Shown piece by piece: positions 24,901 through 37,225 of a stretch of DNA of 64,000 nucleotides. Made by a program: the position numbers and the translations under genes. Each line of letters opens with the position of its first letter. Within the stretch, counting starts at the first letter, position 1. Source of the stretch: Octopus sinensis (taxonomy: Eukaryota). The stretch spans positions 108,872,001 to 108,936,000 of the forward strand of contig NC_042999.1 of assembly GCF_006345805.1 (NCBI RefSeq), given 5' to 3'. The notes beneath the pieces are model-generated. The model worked only from the letters and a program-made list of their open reading frames with translations, did no database searches and was not told the DNA's origin.

Positions 24901-27623
24901 ACCACTAACCTGGCAATCTGTAAGATCTAATCTAAACATTCTAAAAGAAAATGATATGGAATTAGTTTAAATTAAAGTTATATTTAACTATTATTTCAGT
25001 TAATGCAATTAATTACAAGTGAAATATCAGAGCTGTTTACTCATGTTGATTGCATGAATCATGCAAATTTAATATAAAGTTGAAGGATCATTTTATTTTT
25101 CATGAAACAGTTTAACAACATATGCTATTTCTAAGCTTAAAAATAATATATTATTTCTTCAAATTCTTAAAATGATAACATTTATTTCCCATTTTACTTT
25201 TCAAGTAAAATACGTAACATTCTACATGTTTTCTGTTTTTCTACAATTGCCTCTTCTAATTAAACCAATGCCCCACCCCTTCATGTCTGCACATATCTCT
25301 TTTCTCATTACTTGTAGTCTCTATAAAGACAAACTCAATGTTTCTTCCACAAAATATTACTTTGGATTTAGATTTTGCCCAAATTTTCCATCCATCTTCA
25401 TTTAAAATTAATTTGCATTAGTTTAAAGAAAATATTAACTACAGGCATAAGATGCAGTTTAGTTTAATTTCACCACCTGAACCGTAAGTTAATTTAATGC
25501 AAGCACTCAGAGCCAACCCTTAATTCTCTCCCCAACCAGATTCTTTACTGCAGTTATGGTATGAGTACTGATCCTCTTCTCCAGATTAACTTACATTTAA
25601 AAAACAAATAAAATTATCATTAACCCAAAGCAATCTGGTGGTCAAGAAATATATAAAATATTCAAAGAGAAACAAAAAACAAGTAAAATTATTTTCACAA
25701 CAAAAAGCAGTTACTTAGCAAACCAGTCGTTTTCTGAAAATGTCCTACTGAAAGCAGACAAACCAGTAAATGTATCATCCAAAGGAATGTAGGTTTGTGC
25801 CAATGCTAAAACTATGGATAAAGATATTTGGGCTGGAAGTTACATTACAAATTCACTCAGCTTTTACTAATATAAAGGAACAGGCATAAGAAGTAATGAG
25901 GTACTCAGTTAACTTTCACAAACCCAACCAAAATTTAAAAAATTTTTACAAGTATGCATCTCAGACTGCATCCCAATGAAGGCTGTTCAACAGATTGACA
26001 AGGATTCAGTTATGAATACCTTGCTTCAGCCATTGGCTCACAGACAAACACAATTTGCTCCCTCTACCTCGTCTATTATTACTACAATAGGTTCTGCCTC
26101 TGAAATAGTTACCTGTACACCTTTTTCCACCACAACTACATGACTCTCTTCCTCTTGTCATTCCAACTATGTCCTCACCTCTCAGATCCTACACAAAATA
26201 CTTTTTCTCTTTTTCCTTTCTCCTCGGCACAGCAACCTTCTGCAATTATTTCTCTGCAAACATTGAGCTACTGGTATTGAAACTATGGACTACAATGTCA
26301 GTAGTTTGGAAGAGCGTGCAAAGGTCTTAGGCACTGCTCCACTTCCACTGAGTATCTTAAAGATAAATATCTTCTGCTTCACAAAATGCTACTACACTTA
26401 TAGAACAAGAACAAACTTACAATGACCAAACAGTGAATCCACTTTCAGAGTGTTGCATTGCACCCTGTAAATCTTGTTAGCATACCAGCATGGAAGGATA
26501 ATGATAATGAAAAGATTTGAAAACATTGTATTTCTAAAGATACATTAAATAACTGTCTCAAAATTCCTAAGGATTTGACAAAGAGCCAAATTAGTCTAAT
26601 AAAATGAATAAATTAATAAATCAATAACCAATGCTGAAATATTGAATTTTTCAAATCAGAGAAATATATGAGTTCATGACTTGCTGATAGGTGCAACAAT
26701 TATTGTATGATTAATTGCAGAATTTAGAGTAATTGACATAAATTTCTTAAACCATTATTTAGTCAGAAGAGGAGGAGAGAAAATACCCATCACCAAAAGT
26801 AGGTCCTCTTAGACAATTAAAGATAAGAATAGTAATAAAGTAATGATGTAAATAATTACATTATGAAGCAAAATCCCCCAAATATCATTTGTGATATATA
26901 AGAGTGTTATGTTAAGAGTACCATAGATTAGCTCCTAGCAGTCAAATCTTAACCCTTTAGTATTCAAATTAATATGTCATAAGTAATCCTTATTCATTTA
27001 CATTTTAAAAAATTAATCTGGTATTATCTTGTAGCTTCAAGATTTGAAAGATGTAATTGTTTATTTTTAGAATTACATTGCAGGGTAGGTGTGAGATACT
27101 GGTTCTGGCCAGTTTGAACATAAAATGAGTAGAATATTCGGGCCGGATATAGCTGGTTTAAACACTAAAGGGTTAAATCTGGTTTTCCTTGCTGAATGTA
27201 ATTGGTTTACTTTTAGATAAGTAACACTTATATGTAAAACATGGACAGCACCTTCTTATTCCCCTCTCACATAAGTATGAGGCCTTGTGCCTATACAAAA
27301 TACCAGAAATCAATATTTAATGGCCACACAACTAAACTTGTCTGATCATAGGAGATATCTTCACTGCTGAATTCCCCACAACAAAAGATTAATGACCTCT
27401 AAAAATGAAACCTAGAAATCTAGACATAATAATCATTACAAAAAAGATAATTTTAAATGCTTGTAATTTAGAACACACTAAATTAAATAGCATAATTTTA
27501 AAAGCAAATGCAAAAACAAAGTGAAAAATAAGAGTGATACTTACCACTGACAGATAAAACTTTGTTTTTCAAGGGAGAACTTACACATGACTGTCCAAGA
27601 TTTCGTAACACTGAGGACAACAT
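10276..27623 (-). CDS. MRPS11: Mitochondrial ribosomal protein S11 (uS11m), full CDS: join(27623-27545, 24661-24520, 23452-23325, 15884-15859, 13505-13431, 11645-11580, 10383-10276)
   Basis: Seven GT-AG exons (79+142+128+26+75+66+108 = 624 nt = 207 aa + stop) join in frame. They contain the uS11 motifs HIAHVKATRNNTIITI, SCGTEGFQNARKGTNIAGQA, VRVAVQGIGPGR and GLNIVSLTDTTP..RPRKQRRL, preceded by a Ser/Leu/Arg/Lys-rich presequence. Confidence 0.93.
11580..11645 (-). CDS. MRPS11: MRPS11 coding exon 6 (KAITEGIKNVRVAVQGIGPGRF)
   Basis: Acceptor ttttcttccacag, donor TTT|GTAATT. uS11 V.V.V.G.GPGR motif. Confidence 0.92.
13431..13505 (-). CDS. MRPS11: MRPS11 coding exon 5 (GTEGFQNARKGTNIAGQATGVAAGE)
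   Basis: Embedded in track ORF 13395..13793. Acceptor tttttaaag, donor GAG|GTTTGT. Hallmark mt-uS11 GTEGF.NA.KGT.IA.Q motif. Confidence 0.93.
13565..13960 (+). mobile_element. tRNA-derived SINE, near full length
   Basis: ggagtggctgtgtggtaagaagcttgcttcccaaccacatgg head through the ...ccagaatggccacagcctaatggctgaaacaa tail. Confidence 0.85.
14270..14560 (-). mobile_element. Same SINE family, inverted decayed copy
   Basis: Reverse complement of the tail (gtcattgaactgcagccat) and of the head (aaggctatagtagaagacacctgcccaaagg). Confidence 0.7.
14679..14898. mobile_element. 220-bp piggyBac-like MITE (TTAA target)
   Basis: TTAA|CCCTTT ... AAAGGG|TTAA termini. An equal-length copy in opposite orientation lies at 28530-28749. 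Confidence 0.85.
15310..15497. mobile_element. Second TTAA-CCCTTTAG MITE family, decayed copy
   Basis: ttaaccctttagcattcaga ... aatgctaaaggg. Related copies lie at 26950-27176 and at 21428-21965 (split by a SINE). Confidence 0.7.
15859..15884 (-). CDS. MRPS11: MRPS11 coding exon 4, 26-nt microexon ((G)DVLILKSC)
   Basis: Acceptor tttgttttcacag, donor TGT|GTAAG. Supplies the SC preceding GTEGF and restores the frame between exons 3 and 5. Confidence 0.85.
18578..18740. repeat. Fold-back inverted repeat, 75-bp arms / 13-nt loop, derived from an RTE-type 3' tail
   Basis: 18578-18652 is the reverse complement of 18666-18740 apart from about 5 substitutions. Confidence 0.95.
20330..20665 (+). mobile_element. 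Degenerate CRE-like non-LTR retrotransposon, restriction-like endonuclease C-terminus
   Basis: Frameshifted translation GRSLV(WD)MT(C)VDTF ... EKISKCRGLTSCYQFALVTIKTAGVLG ... QRVSL..IL.SNAITVI fits the pattern G..LVWD.TC.DT / K..KY..L...Y.F.PVA.ET.G / QRLS.A..RGNA. Confidence 0.65.
21478..21830 (-). mobile_element. tRNA-derived SINE inserted into a TTAA MITE
   Basis: Reverse-complement SINE tail-to-head. The MITE halves at 21428-21478 and 21840-21965 flank it. Confidence 0.75.
23325..23452 (-). CDS. MRPS11: MRPS11 coding exon 3 (PDIFPTLRTPDMLVDGVPFKHLHIAHVKATRNNTIITISEHN)
   Basis: Acceptor ttttccag, donor G|GTAAG. Contains the uS11 N-terminal motif IAH.KA..NNT.I. Confidence 0.92.
24520..24661 (-). 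CDS. MRPS11: MRPS11 coding exon 2 (GNPLLLSQAIHISFPR...TAEVDS)
   Basis: Acceptor aatcag, donor AA|GTAACA. The 142-nt exon is open, and phase 1 in / phase 2 out bridges its neighbours exactly. Confidence 0.78.
26954..27174. mobile_element. TTAA-flanked MITE (CCCTTTAG...CTAAAGGG)
   Basis: ttaa|ccctttagtattc ... aacactaaaggg|ttaa. Confidence 0.8.
27545..27623 (-). CDS. MRPS11: MRPS11 coding exon 1 (MLSSVLRNLGQSCVSSPLKNKVLSVS, mitochondrial presequence-like)
   Basis: ATG at 27623; donor G|GTAAG at 27545/27544. The acceptor tttacag lies 4 nt upstream of the ATG (27628-27630), so a further 5' exon exists upstream. Phase 1 matches the next exon. Confidence 0.8.
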
Positions 27624-28529
27624 TATTCTGTAAATGAAACAAAAAGTGATTGGAATAAATATACAAGAAAGAGACAAGATAAAATGAATACTTTTATATT
27701 ACAAAATTTTAGTTTTGTATAACTGTTCATTAGTTTGTTTAAATATATTTTAGCAATTCACAAAAACAAACTAAATCAGGATAATAAATGAGTAAACTGA
27801 TGGATATGAAATAAATGAAGAGATTTTAATTATTCAGCAGCTAAGTATAACAACAACATCAACAACAATAAAAACATAAACAAAACAAACTGATCAAAAA
27901 AATCTTGTTTCTTTTGAGAGAAGAATAAAGTTGTTTTTGGAATTTGTAATATAAACATTTATATTCATGAATTCAGAAGGATTTTTTCCCCATTTGGAAT
28001 ACAACAGGTTTATTTATACAAGAAAGTGTTAACCTGTTAGTATATTGCAATGCAAATTTTACTAATGGAAACTGATGAAATTTTGTGAAATACTTTATAT
28101 AAATAAAAGATATGAAAATACTCTTTCATTGTTTATTTGTGTTTCTCTTTCTTCTGGTGAGATGAAGTCAGTTCAAAATCATCCAAATATTCCATTTTCT
28201 TTTTTTCCTTTTAATAGTTTAGTCAGAGAACAAAGAGTAACACTCATGCCCCTTTTTAAGGATCTTCTTATCATAAGTCTCCCTGTGATAAGTGGAAAGA
28301 AGAGAGGAAGTTGTACTCAGACCAGAGACCAGACATGAATGCTTATAAAAGGTGTACTCTGCCAAAAGTACACAAGGGCCAGATGGTGGTAAAATGGATA
28401 CCTAATTAATTCTACCATCCAAGAACAGGAATGGTCTCTCCACGGAGCTTCCACAAAGTTTCCAGTTACTAAATGTCACACAAAGTTTTGGTCAACATGA
28501 GGCTATAGAGAAAAAAAAACTGTTGTTAA

Positions 28530-28749
28530 CCCTTTTGTTACTGTATTTATTTTGAGATGCTCTGTGTTTCTTTCAATTATTTTAAATATAACAAAGAATT
28601 TAGTAAAACAACTTAGTTATCATTAAGCTAGTGTTTGGAACATAAATTGTGACTAAGGCTTGGTGGAATATTTTAATTCAAAACCTATGAAAACAAGACA
28701 TTTTACCACAGAGCCAGAGCCGGTTTTGGCCGGGTTAGTAACAAAAGGG
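28530..28749. mobile_element. 220-bp piggyBac-like MITE inserted in a SINE
   Basis: TTAA|CCCTTT...AAAGGG|TTAA. Inverted homologue of 14679-14898; SINE sequence continues on both sides. Confidence 0.85.
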
Positions 28750-30129
28750 TTAAAGGTGCTGCTGCTCATTGGGACTGAACCTCAAAACCATTTTGTATTA
28801 AAACAAACGTCTTAATTACATAGCTAAAACAAGAGCAGGTAGTTGATGGTTTTAGGATTACATACTTGCAGAAACCCAACAGATGGGAAAATCCATGATT
28901 AAAAAATGAAACTAGTTATTATACGAGGGATTAACAGCATGTTATAATATGTTTATTTCATTAAGCTTTCTAAAATAAAAAGGTAAAAAAAAAAATGTAC
29001 ATTGTAATAATGCTTACATTTTAATACTATTAAAACATTATAACCAATCTGAAACAGAAAAGAGCAATATGCCTTTTTCTCTCTTGGATTTGCTTATAAT
29101 GTTTATTAGATAATTTTGAAAATCATACCAGGTTATTTACCTTTAACTTGTTTCACTCATTGGATTACAGTCATGCCAAGGTACTACTTTGAAGGGCTTA
29201 GTCAAACAAATTGACTCCAGTACTTTTTTTCCTGAACCAATAAGTTATGGGCTTCTTTCAGTTTCCATCTACTAAATTCACTTACTAGGTACCACGCAGT
29301 GAAACTGAGCCCAGAACCATGTGGTTGGGAAGCAAACTTCTTACTACACAGCCTGCATTTGTTCAGTATCAGAAAATGCCAAGTCACATGTTAATTTTTA
29401 TTTCATTTTTTTTAATACTCAGTGGTTTGATTTCCATCACAAAGTAGGATGAGTAGATGACCTTCTTTTGGTTGTATGGTCTCAGATGTTTAGATGCATA
29501 TTTAGCAGTAGCAGTGCTGTCCCAGATATAATGTGGACAATACTCTAATGTGGATTATACTTGACCTTTGTAGAGATTCACCAACTAATAGATACTGAAT
29601 TACTTTCTGGCCACAAAGAGAAAACCTAGCTTTTAAAAGCAGTTTTAGTAATAGGTCAGATTGCAATGAGAGAGTTTTAATTGTACATTAGATTGCTACG
29701 AGAGAACAGCCATTTGGAAACCTAGCATCTAAAGCCACTTAGAAGATTTTAGTTGAGTTTTGCTTATTTGTAGAGTATACAATTGTTTCCTGGAGATGTA
29801 TGGCAAATGTGTTTGTGCTGTTAAGAGTCTAGGTTTACATGTCCACCATATTTTGGCAGACTTTCAGAATAGCTGCTCCACTTTGGTTGGAATTTTTTCT
29901 TCATTCTGGCCAGGATTTTTCGATTTTTTTGGGGGGAGGGATTACAGATTTCAAAACAATGTGGGAAGCCTTTGCTACCAAAAAAAAAACATCTTTTAAA
30001 TCCATAGCTTTCAAACATTTGCCCCTAGCCCCTTCCCTTCTAGAATCTTCATGACAACCATCACCACACATTTTTCCCCCCACGTTATGATATTCTATAT
30101 TCTGAAACACATTTACTTTGAAATCTAAA

Positions 30130-31400
30130 TTTCTTCCAACCACTTGAAGTTTTTCAAATTTTCACCAAATTATTTTCAAAAATGTAATTTGGATAACAAA
30201 AATTGCATTTCTTTTTTTTTTTTTTTCTAGAAACTTAATAAAACCAGTTACAAGCATTTAAAATTACATAATATTAGCCAGTCAAAGCTTCAAGTGCCAA
30301 ATATTGGAAGTTGTAACTGTTTGTCCCCATAGGAGCAACATGCATGAAACCTTTATGTTAAATCTGCCTTTAAACTACACCATAATGTCTTAAAAACAAA
30401 ATAGGGTTGGGGCAAAAGGAAAATGCATTGTGCCACATTTAATTTAAAGCCAATCACCACAGACATAATCTTTAATGAAGTCATCATCATCATCATTGTT
30501 TAACGTCCGTTTACCATGCTAGTATGGGTTGAACAGTTTGACCGGGTCTGGGAAGCCAGGCCGCACCAGACCCCAGTCTAATCTGTCAGTGTTTCTACAG
30601 CTGGATGCACTTCCTAACGCCAACCACTACGTGAGTGTAGTGAGTGCTTTTTACGTGCCAGGGGAGGCTGGCAATGGCCACGATCAGTTAGTGCTTTTTA
30701 CGTGCCACCGGCACACACTGAGCGCCACAGATCAATAATAAATGCACTTTCTCATGGTTTAATAGAAAAAGGTGGCAGCGGCGGTGGTAATGGTAAAGAA
30801 AGAACTAGTTACCAAATGTTTTTGTATGAAGTATAGTGCTATGACAATGCTGCTGCTGGTATTAATTGATGATATTCTTTGTCTGCCACCAAACCTTGTA
30901 AAACAATTTTACCATAAGAGAAAGTACATTTAATATTGATTTGGGCACTCATTGAGTGTTTTAACGGTAGTAAGTTTGATAAAGGGTTTATACCCCTGGA
31001 GATTGACTTTCATTTAGTTATTATTACTAACACTCAACAAGAGGAAACCACTTGGGCCTGCCTCAAGCAAGAAAATAAGTGATGATGTGGCATGTGTCAT
31101 CTCTTTCTGCTCTTTAGACATTGTGGTGTAGTTTAAGGAAGCTATACCAAACAGTTTGAAAGAGGACGTAAAGGTTTGATGTATGCTGTTCCCATAGGGA
31201 AAGTCACAACTTCCTGTATGTTTAGCAGTTGAGGCTTCAATTGGCTAAGATTGCATAATTTTAAATGCTTGTAACCATTATATTAATAATTTGTAGAATG
31301 TGATTTTTGTAATCAGCATGTGCAACTGCATCAGATCTACATTTTGTTTTACAATAATCTGGTGAAAATTTGAAAAACTTCAAGCAGTTGGAAGAAATTT
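30130..31400. repeat. Diverged inverted repeat pair (about 30130-30400 vs about 31110-31400), probably subterminal DNA-transposon sequence
   Basis: aaatttcttccaaccacttgaagtttttcaaattttcacca / tggtgaaaatttgaaaaacttcaagcagttggaagaaattt and ttaaactacaccataatgtct / agacattgtggtgtagtttaa are mutually inverted. Confidence 0.7.
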
Positions 31401-31539
31401 AATAAGCTCCGTACTCAACATTTTAAGAGCAAAAGCAAATTTTTTTATCCATATATTTTAAATGTCACCCCCCACTCCCTCATACTTTTAGAACAGCAAC
31501 CAGTTAACATGCAGTTTACTGTTGTAAAAAAGGTGAAAG

Positions 31540-31950
31540 TAAATTGTTCTTAAAAAACCAGAAGTGACAACAATTTACTTTCCCATTTTATCATCTTTCT
31601 TCTTGGCGAGCATCCATGCTCCTTCTATAGCCTGTGTATGGATACTGCCATTTTTGGATCAGTAAAATTGAGGGAGTGATTGACACCTTCATGAGTATAG
31701 GTGTCAAGACTCACATTTGAAACCCACCCATCAGATATCAAATGTGTTCCTGGCAATATCCTATGCATTATAATGGGCCAATGTTTTGTACTAGCAATTG
31801 GAGTTGTTTTTTTTTTAGCAAATGTTAGTAGACCACAGCTGTCATGGTCGTTTTCTTTTGTTCTGTTTTGACAATTCCCCTGCACTTTATCTACAGCCAT
31901 GAACTGCTTATTAACCAAGAAACAACCCAAATGATTTTTTTCTTTTCATT
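31540..31950 (-). pseudogene. Merlin (IS1595/ISXO2-like) transposase remnant
   Basis: IIMHRILPGTHLISDGW....YTHEGVNHSLNFTDP matches the Merlin ILPGT.I.SD.W / VNHS..F.DP motifs; degraded. Confidence 0.75.
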
Positions 31951-32242
31951 ATTTTCAATCATTCCACACTTTCTGAAACACTTGGAATTCACATTAAAAA
32001 AATCTTATTCCTCTCCCTCCATTGAACTTTCCACAATTAAAATGAATATTTTTTTGTATCATTTCTTCTGTATTTTTCATGATTTTATTTTCTCATACTT
32101 TTCCTCAAATGACACAAAAATTAAATTAAGAGAAAAACACAAAGCGAATATATTAACACCTGATTTGCATTGTCATAAACATCAAATCTAATTTTATATG
32201 CCACTTTTCATTTCCCACACAAGACAAAAACAAACAGAAATA

Positions 32243-34080
32243 CAGGCATACCTCAGCTTAAGATGTTTCGATTTAAGTCATTCTCGATTATACGTCGGTT
32301 TTCAAAAATAATATATGGAAAAATAAAAATCAAGTCATTTTACTCAACTTTACGTCTGTCCGCCACAAATATTGGAATTGTAAAATCACTAGAAAACCAT
32401 TAAAGGCACATAAAATCATGTTACTGTACAATAAATAAGAATAAAAGCATATAAAATCATATTAAAATATGTACAGTAAATGTCAAGATACACACCATAA
32501 AGTAGTGTAGCTTAGTGAATGAAATTGTTGTCTTATTTATCAGTCTTTAGGAGCTCATATTGCACTGTAGTTCTAATATCTAACATTAGGTGTTGTTATC
32601 ATTCATGATTCCCACAATTGTTTTGAATTCAGATTTGTTTATGTCTGTTTATCAGCTACTTTCTCATTCTCATCCATTTGCGATTTTATTTTTTGCCCCC
32701 ATGGCTCCTAAGAAAATTCATAGTGAAAATGCTAAGCGCCATGCTATAACGCTGGAAGATAAACTGACTGTGATAAAATGCCATGAAAACGTGAAAAAGT
32801 GGTAGCAATTGCACATGTTTGGGGGATGGGTCAGACAACTGTATCGACAATTGTACATAATAAGGACAAAATTTTAGTACATATCAAATCTGAAGCCCCA
32901 GGGATGAAGAACACTGTCATCAACAAGAAAAGAGGTAAAATCTTTGAAGAAATGGAAAGTCTTCTTTCTCTTTAGATTGTTAGGCTGAATCGTCAGTGTG
33001 CTACTATTAGTCAAGAAATCATTCACAAGAAAGTGTTGTCTTTGTTTGAGGACCTGAAGAAAAGATATCCAGATGAGAAAGATGTAGAGTTCAAGGCAAG
33101 TCAAGGATGGTTCATGAGATTTCAGGAATGAAGAAATTATCACTCCATTAAGAAGCAAGGTGAAAGTGCATCAGCTGACAATCAAACAACAGCGGAATTT
33201 CCTAATGCATTAAAGAAAATGAGTTTCTTCCCAAATAGATTTTTAACGTATTGGAAAAAATTGCCAGACTGTTCATTCATTTCCAAGGAGGAGAAAACTA
33301 TTCCAGGCTGCAAGATCTCAAAAGAATGTATAACCATTATGTTGGGAAGTAATTGTGCAGGAGATTTCAAGTTAAAATCATTGCTTGTGTATCACGCACA
33401 CAACCCACATGCCCTGAAGAACATACCCAAGGCATCTCTCCCTGTTATATGGGTGGCTAATTCAAAAGCATGGGTTACTGTTGTTGTTTTTGAAGATTGA
33501 TTCTTCAATCATTTTATCCAAACAACAAGGTACTGTAAGGAGAAGAGGACTCCTTTTAAGGTTTTACCTATCTTAGATAATGCTCCTGGCCACCCGCAAA
33601 ACATCATAGATTTTGACCCCAACGTTACTGTCATATACCTCCTTCCAAACATCACGTCCCTTCTGCAGCCAATGGATCAGGGAATAATTGCTATCTTGAA
33701 GCATTACTACATAAAGCGTATGCTGTAGCTAGCAATAACTGCAACTGATCTTGATGAGTCCATCACACTTTGTGACTATTGGAAGCAATACGGTATCTAC
33801 AAGGCTGTACAGAACATAGCAGTGGCATGGAATGATGTACAGAGCATGGCTATGAATGGTGTGTGGAAGAAGCTATGCCTGCAATTCATGAATGAGATTA
33901 AGGGGTTTTGATAATGTTGCCATCAACAAAACGGTGGTGACTATGAGCAAAGAACTGGAAAAAGATTTGGAGGAGGAAATTTCAGAGATTTATTTGAAAA
34001 AGATAAGCAGCCCCTGATGAACAAGGATTTGATAGAACTTCACAAGCAGCAAAATAAAAAAGGAGTCACTTTACCATAAA
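32243..34080 (+). mobile_element. Tigger/pogo DNA transposon, decayed transposase (CENP-B HTH + DDE_1)
   Basis: TA|CAGGCATACCTC left TIR. ATG at 32701 (MAPKK...ITLEDKL), then FKASQGWF, QGESASAD, ITIMLGSNCAGDFKLK, AWVT, ILDNAPGH and LLQPMDQGII, with stops and frameshifts. No right TIR seen. Confidence 0.9.
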
Positions 34081-35214
34081 GAAAATGCAGCAAGCAGTTT
34101 TTTAAGCACATCAAACAAGAACAGCCAGAGTCAGCTGTTGATGTTGACGATCTTTTTTAAAGATAGTTTTGTTCCCACAATAATTTTCTTCAATTAAAAA
34201 TATTCTTTTCTACATTTTGAACAATTCAAATCATCGTTATATAGATACTTCTTTCAAAATTCTAATTTTGTTTTTCAACGCATCCACTTGTCATGTTTGA
34301 CTTTTTAAAACTATGAAAGGTACGATGAAAGCAAAAAGTGGGAGTAAGACTTCTCTTTTCTTTAAATATGAATTACAATTGCTCCAGAATGTGGAATAGA
34401 ATAAAATGACAAAAACACGACAAAAGTTTAAAAAAAAAAAAATCATTTTAGTGGGTAGTTGCTGTTCCAAAGGTATGATGGGAGGGAAGAACAGATGTTT
34501 TAAAAAAATGGATTTAATTTTTCTTTAAATGCAAATTACAAGTATTTCAGAGTTTGGGATACTATAAACATTTCTTACAGTGAAAATTATGAGAGGGGCG
34601 GGTTACATCCTCCCTGCTCCCAAAAAATGTAGATTACATGTTTCAGTATTTGAAACACCACAACATGTGGGAAATAATTTTAGTAGTCATGGCTGTTGTG
34701 AAGGTACGAGTGGTAGGTGGAAAAGTGGGTGCAACATTCAACAATCATGGATATCTGCTAACTTTCAGAGTTACAGATGTCATTGTTCTGAAGAATTAGA
34801 TAAACCATGGCATGTTTCAATAGATTTGGATGCATCCATGAAGAAAGAGGAAGAATGAAAAATTAAAAGTTTAATAATGACAGGTGTTAACTCTCATTAG
34901 CATCTGTTAGTAATGGGAAGAACAACTTCAGGTCTGGTTGTTTTATTGGTATTTATCACTTTAAGAAATTTCAAGAAAGCCAAATCAGCTAATTTTCTTG
35001 CAAGAACAGTAAAGAATTGTAAAGAAATGAAAATTTACAGATCTACAATCAACTTTGTCCTTTATGTTTCTATGCTCTACAAAATAGTTCGATTAGCCAT
35101 TTTTTTTTCTTTGAGCATCTTCAGTTATCCTTTCTCATGTATGCAACTTATCAACATGATTTAGAAATTTAATGAAGTAAGATTGCAAAAATTCATTGTG
35201 AACTGAATATTAAT

Positions 35215-35530
35215 ATAACGGGAATTGCCCAAAGTCCCACTGTGTAGAATCTTGGGCAAGTGTTTCCTACTATAGCCTCAGGCCAACCAAAGTCTTTTGA
35301 GTGGATTTGGTAGAAAGAAACTGAAAGAAGTACATCGTATATATGTGTGTGTGTGGGTCTTTGCGTCTGTTTGTCCCCGTACTAAGCGGTTTGGCAAAAG
35401 AGACTGATAGAATAAGTACCAAGCTTAAAAACAAAATAAGTACTGGGGTCAATTAGTTCAACTAAAATTCAAGGCGGTGCTCCAGCATGGCCACAGTCCA
35501 ATGACTGAAACAAGTAAAAGATAAAAGATG
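35215..35530 (+). mobile_element. tRNA-derived SINE
   Basis: cttgggcaagtgtttcctactatagcctcaggccaaccaaag ... ggcggtgctccagcatggccacagtccaatgactgaaacaagtaaaagataaaag. Confidence 0.85.
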
Positions 35531-35747
35531 GACATTTTTCTTTTGTAAGAAAAAAATATCGAAGATTAAAATTAGCTAGTTGTCAATCATCATCATCATC
35601 CATTTAATGTTCATCTTCCATGCTGGCATGGGTTCGATAATTTAACAAGAGCTGGGAAGCTGGAGAGCTGTGCCAGACTCCATTGTCTGCTTTGATTTGG
35701 TTTCTACAGCTGGACGCCCTCCTTAACACCATCAGTTTAACAGTGTA

Positions 35748-36384
35748 CTAGCAGTATCGCCCGGCGTTGCTCGGGTTTGTAAGGGAAATAACTATATAAG
35801 CATTTTTAGAGAGTTATAGCCAAAAAATAGCAAAAAATGCATTAAAAATGGAAAAAATATGATGGTAAATTTTTTGAAAAATCGTTGACTCATCGTAGAC
35901 ATTTTTAGAGAGTTACTTCCCTTATATAATAGCGAAAAAATGCATTAAAATGGAAAAAAAACGATGGTAAATTTTTTTTTAAATCGTAGACTCATGTAGA
36001 CGCTTTCTTAGCCATTTCTGTTTTGGTGTCTTCAAGCCATGAAGTCGTTGTTCTAAAAGAACGCTGGTCTCCTTGACAACGCATTACGACGTTGATTTCC
36101 TTGCACTCCCTTCCCCACAGGTGCAGGTGTGAGCGTGGATGCCAACTCCGCCGCCATCGACACACGAAAAATTATGCATTAAAATGGAATAAAAAATGAT
36201 GTTAAATTATTTTTAAAATCGTAGACTCATCGTAGACGCGCGCTAATACTCAGACGGGCTCGATATGAATCACGACTATAAGCTACCCGAATTTGGTTAA
36301 ACTGCACCGCAAAATGTGGGAGTAGTTAGGAATCTAAATCGAAGGGGACAGACACTCACACAACTACAGTTTTATATATATAGA
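35748..36384 (-). mobile_element. Non-autonomous Helitron, family A, copy 1
   Basis: The minus strand begins A|TCTATATATATAAAACTG and ends with the hairpin cccgagcaacgccggg + CTAG|T. No TSD. Confidence 0.9.
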
Positions 36385-36397
36385 TATACATAGCGCA

Positions 36398-36705
36398 GTA
36401 GTGGTGAGATGTGACAGCAAAGAAAAGCATACATTCACTCTCTGCATGCAATTAGACTGGGAAAGTTCGTGAGGAACCCATTGACCCAATTTGCTGACTT
36501 TTCCGATAGCACACAGGTCTCAATGAATGGTTGAATGACCAAATCCAAGCTTCTCTGCTAGTTCCTCAACAGTTACGATGAGATTTTGTTCCACCAGGGT
36601 TTTCAGGATGTCCTTGTCGAGTTCTACAGATCTTTCAGGATGAGGCTCGTCTTCTAGGCTGTTCCAATATAGCTTTGAAAAAAATAGCTGTTAAAATCGA
36701 AATGC
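36398..36705 (-). pseudogene. Mariner-like transposase N-terminal fragment
   Basis: SLEDEPHPERSVELDKDILKTLVEQN...TVEELAEKLGFGHSTIH*DL..IGKVSKLGQWVPHELSQSN..QRVNVCFSLL contains the mariner LEDEPRSGRP-like and WVPHEL motifs. Confidence 0.88.
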
Positions 36706-36834
36706 ACTCTTCAAAACTTGCACTATGAATAAGCCCAAGATAAAATTACTACCTGCTTTTATAGCAAGTTAATATAAGTAGTTTATCCCATTCCCCTCTG
36801 ACTTTTAGTTCAAGCTGTTGAAAAAACCGCATTA

Positions 36835-36847
36835 TTATATATATATA

Positions 36848-36879
<32 letters not shown>

Positions 36880-37185
36880 CACACACACTCTCTCTCTCAC
36901 ACACATGCACACATTTATATTCTGTTATTCTTTTATGTTTCAGCCTTGAGGTTGTGGCCATGCTGGATCATGTGTGTGTGTGTGTGTGTCTCTGTCTGTC
37001 TGTCTGTATGTATATATGTATATGTATGTGTGTGAACAATAATATTTTCAACAGATGTGTTGCAAATGTATCTGATTGTTCTCAAGCTTCAATACTGTGT
37101 GTGTGTGTATGTGTGTGTGTGTGTGTATGTATATGTATGTATGTATGTATGTATGTGTGTATGTATGTGTGTGTGTATGTATGTA

Positions 37186-37218
<33 letters not shown>

Positions 37219-37225
37219 ATGAGTG
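36835..37225. repeat. Compound (TA)/(TACA)/(TG)/(TATG) microsatellite cluster
   Basis: Directly visible. It generates the CVCVCM-type spurious ORFs in the track. Confidence 0.95.

Noticed and set aside
25716-25806. Possible extra MRPS11 exon (acceptor ttttag, ALAQTYIPLDD...)
   Set aside because: It reaches an in-frame stop before any donor, and the CDS is complete without it.
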